Origin: Asterionella formosa
Taxonomy: Eukaryota
Assembly: GCA_002256025.1 (NCBI GenBank)
Contig: NKIB01012442.1
Span: forward strand, 1-64,000
Length of the DNA stretch: 64,000 bases
Direction: 5' to 3'
This document shows, piece by piece, positions 60,992 through 64,000 of this stretch; position 1 is the stretch's first letter, and every line of letters starts with the position of its first letter. The translations under genes were made by a program, and so were the position numbers. Under the pieces are notes generated by a model. The model was given only the letters and a program-made list of their open reading frames with translations. It did no database searches and was not told the origin of the DNA.

Positions 60992-63900
60992 ATGATGCTC
61001 TACAACAACATTGCCACCAAGAAAGGAACGCTCTCGTTTATCCGGTCATTCGGTACAAGGCGTAATGTTGTCCCGCACCACTCTTCATCGGCAGTTTCGA
61101 CGCTTCGTCATCGCGTCAAGGCGCGTTCCGCCCTTTCGACAGCAGCCTGGCGCCAGAGCTCTTCCTATGCCGCTCATACTATCGAGGAACACGAACAACT
61201 ACACGGTAATATCCAGGGCCATGCTGCTGCGGCTGCTATCCGCACAAGCACGGGCAAATCTCACGAAGAGGCTTGGATGATCAATCTTGGCCGAGGAAAA
61301 GAGAATGCATGGTTGACTGGACCTCGTTCGGATGAATGGTTCACTGGCGTAGTTCCTGCAAATTGTCCTGGTAAGTGGAGCAGTCATTTTGATCCAATAA
61401 GACGGTGAACTCGAAGATTCTCGTCACAACGACTTGGCATCCGATTTTCAACCACTGATGCCGTTGTAGAAACGGTCTGCGTCAGCGACATCGATGGGCC
61501 CGATACCTGCTTTGCACAGTCAAATAATGTTTTCTGTATTGTTTTGCTGCCCCCATAAAAGCTTGGTGTCGCCATGATCAGCACTATGTTCCCTTTTGGT
61601 AAACCGTAGTAGGAACAGCATCGAACAAAACCTCACCATGACCTGGACGAGTGCAGGGTTCGTATTAGTCCCACGGAAGGAAACTTTCAATCTTTTGCTC
61701 CTAAATCTGTACAATAATATTGGTACCTTATTGTCTCTAACAGCCTCGTTCCCCATATTTCTTTCAGGAGTGGATGCTCAGGGAATCTTGCGCTCTTTGC
61801 CACTTCCAAACTTGAACGCTGTCACGCGACTGTCTGCCAAAGAATATTTCGACAATTCCTGGACTCTCTTCGAGACTCTTTTTGCTGGTTTGAAGGGAGA
61901 GGAGTACTTTTATCGCCCGCCAATTCATGGACTTCGCCATCCTCAAATTTTCTACTATGGTCATACTCCTTGCCTTTACATCAACAAACTGAGGGTTTCG
62001 GGAGTTATTCCAAAACCAGTGAATGCATACTTTGAGAGCATTTTTGAAGTTGGCGTTGACGAGATGTTGTGGGATGACATGCACAAGAATGATATGCTTT
62101 GGCCTACTGTCTCTGAAGTACATAAATATCGAAGGCAAGTGTACGCCAACGTTGTGAATGCCATTATGACCCATCCATCACTGGACGACAGTGATGGTCC
62201 AGTTAGTGTCACTCAGGACCATCCTATGTGGGCATTATTTTTGGGATTTGAGCATGAGCGAATCCATTTCGAGACTAGCTCGGTTCTTTTCCGTGAGGCC
62301 CCTATCCATTTGGTGCAAACTCCATCACATTGGCCTCCACTACATCCTTCGGTAAACACGAAATCACCAAGCTCAAACCCTGTGAAAGGTGAACATTACC
62401 CTGAAAACCGTATCATCCCTGTCAAGCGAGGCAACGTTGACCTTGGTAAACCTGCTGACTTTCCATCCTTCGGATGGGATGTCGAGTACGGCGAGCGCCG
62501 TGTCGATGTCCCTGATTTTCATGCTTCGGAATTCATGGTTACAAATGGCGAGATGTGGGAGTTTGTAAGGGATGGCGGATACCGCAAAGAGGAGTACTGG
62601 TGTGCGGATGGCTGGGCTTGGCGCACTCATCGCAATCTCAAGTGGCCTTTCTTCTGGGAGACGGCTGGTCCTGCTGTAAGTATGCAGATGAACTCTTGAA
62701 ATGTTTTTTCAAATGTTGGTACCAAGAACCTTTTCTAACTGTAATTGATACCATAGGGATCACATGAGTATAAGTTGAGAACCATTTTCAAAATCGTCCA
62801 TATGCCGTGGGATTGGCCGGTTGACTGCACATACTACGAAGCAAAAGCTTTCTGCCGCTGGAAAACGGAACGAGATGGATCGCCCTCATCAAATGAATAT
62901 CGTCTGTTGACAGAGGCCGAGCATCACATTATTCGTCATCAGCAGCACAATCTTCATTCCGCTCGTGCAGATGCTGATGCCGATAAGGTCATGGTTACCG
63001 GAGGAGACAAATTTGCTGAGGGATCGACTGGTGCAAACATGAACATGGCATTTGGCTCCCATAATCCAGTAGACGCATTTCCTCCGTCGCACACTGGTCA
63101 CCACGATACCACTGGAAATGCCTGGGAATGGACAGAGGACCACTTCAATCCTTTGAAAGGTTTCGAAGTTCATCATGTATACGATGACTTTTCAACGCCT
63201 TGTTTTGATGGAAAACACTCAATGATCGTTGGTGGCTCATTCATGAGCACAGGCGACGAAGCCTCGGTATTTGCTAGATTCCATTTTCGCCCGCACTTCC
63301 TTCAACACTCTGGTTTCAGATTAGTTGCTTCGGAAGGCGACGCACCTGCAACGCACCTATTTGCTGGGAGTTTTTCTGGTCAAGTAGCAGCTCGTGATGC
63401 CGCTGTCGCTTCTGGAAAACAAACCGATGAGGTCGTGTCTGATAACGTGTACGAGAACGAAACTTTGTTGCACATGTACTACGGATTACATTACCCTTCG
63501 TCTGGAGTTGAAAAGGTCTCTCCTATCATTGATCACCGAAATGCTCCTTCCCATGGACTACGGTTCCCTCAAAGAGTTGCTGAATTGTTGAAAAGCCTGG
63601 AACCAGAGCAAACGAACGCCGCTCTCGACGTTGGATGTGCGGTTGGAGGCTCATCCTTCGAACTAGCAAAGACTTTCAACCATGTTGACGCTTTTGATTT
63701 TAGCCAATCGTTCATTGCCGGGGCCAAGCGAATGCAGGCAGCTGAAGAGGTCCGTTTTCGAATCCCTGTTGAGGCCGACTTGTACGACGAAGTCTTGGCT
63801 GTGCACGAAGAGGGAGTAACTCGTGAAGTGTTGGACAAAGTTACATTCTTTACTGGTGACGCCACTCAAATCGACCAAATGGCAATGGATGGACGTTTGA

Positions 63901-64000
63901 CAACCTATGACGGCGTGATCATGTCTAATCTGTTATGCCGTCTTCCTGATCCATTGGCGTGCTTGAACGCACTTCCTCGGGTCGTTAACAAAGGAGGTGT
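60992..64000 (+). CDS. ovoA: Ovothiol synthase OvoA (5-histidylcysteine sulfoxide synthase plus methyltransferase); exons 60992-61370, 61768-62675 and 62757 to beyond the window end
   Basis: DinB-like domain (LRHPQIFYYGHT, FEVGVDEMLWDD) with iron motif HERIHFE (HX3HXE). FGE-sulfatase domain (FGWDVEYG, WPVDCTYYEAKAFCRW, GNAWEW, YDDFSTPCFDGKH, FRPHFLQHSGFR). C-terminal MTase (ALDVGCAVGGSSFELA, NLLCRLP). Arg/Ser-rich N-terminal presequence. Confidence 0.95.

Noticed and set aside
61380..61600. Partial resemblance to a SAM-I or TPP riboswitch (GGCCCGAT, ATACCTGC)
   Set aside because: The other conserved core elements and spacing are missing, so it cannot be called as a known riboswitch.
61596..61767. 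N-terminal part of the 367-aa ORF
   Set aside because: It lies within ovoA intron 1; the coding exon starts at 61768.
14393..64000. A broad sulfur/metal/redox cluster (SufE-BolA, Ctr, GST, OvoA)
   Set aside because: These genes are interspersed with unrelated housekeeping genes over 50 kb. Only the MTase-OvoA link has sequence support, and no OvoB-type PLP lyase is present in the window.

Overview
Eukaryotic genomic DNA, most likely a diatom: short GT-AG introns, ASAF/AFAP bipartite plastid signals and an OvoA with a mitochondrial-type presequence. About 18 protein-coding genes sit in compact islands separated by AT-richer tracts of degenerate transposons. Genes: MFAP1, a type II membrane FG-GAP propeller protein, an Hri1-like protein, a PP2A-B56/AGC-kinase fusion, plastid SufE-BolA, importin-7, a secreted Cys-module/PTDD-repeat protein, a serine carboxypeptidase, a Ctr copper transporter, MLH1, a long coiled-coil protein, a Cys-type GST, phytoene synthase, a putative lumenal NAD(P)-binding protein, a PPP phosphatase, a stand-alone OvoA-type methyltransferase and ovothiol synthase OvoA (cut off by the window end). 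The best candidate for a new system is a possible two-gene ovothiol locus. OvoA lies head-to-head with a separate intronless gene that is a paralog of its own C-terminal methyltransferase domain but has no targeting peptide, making it a candidate for the extra N-methylation that gives ovothiol B. Other notable signals: the B56-kinase fusion, a six-Cys module shared by two divergent secreted genes, MLH1 ending FERV instead of FERC, and pervasive TA-CC(W)GG-TA arrays that look like serial transposon excision footprints. All calls come from manual reading and motif recognition; no searches were run.
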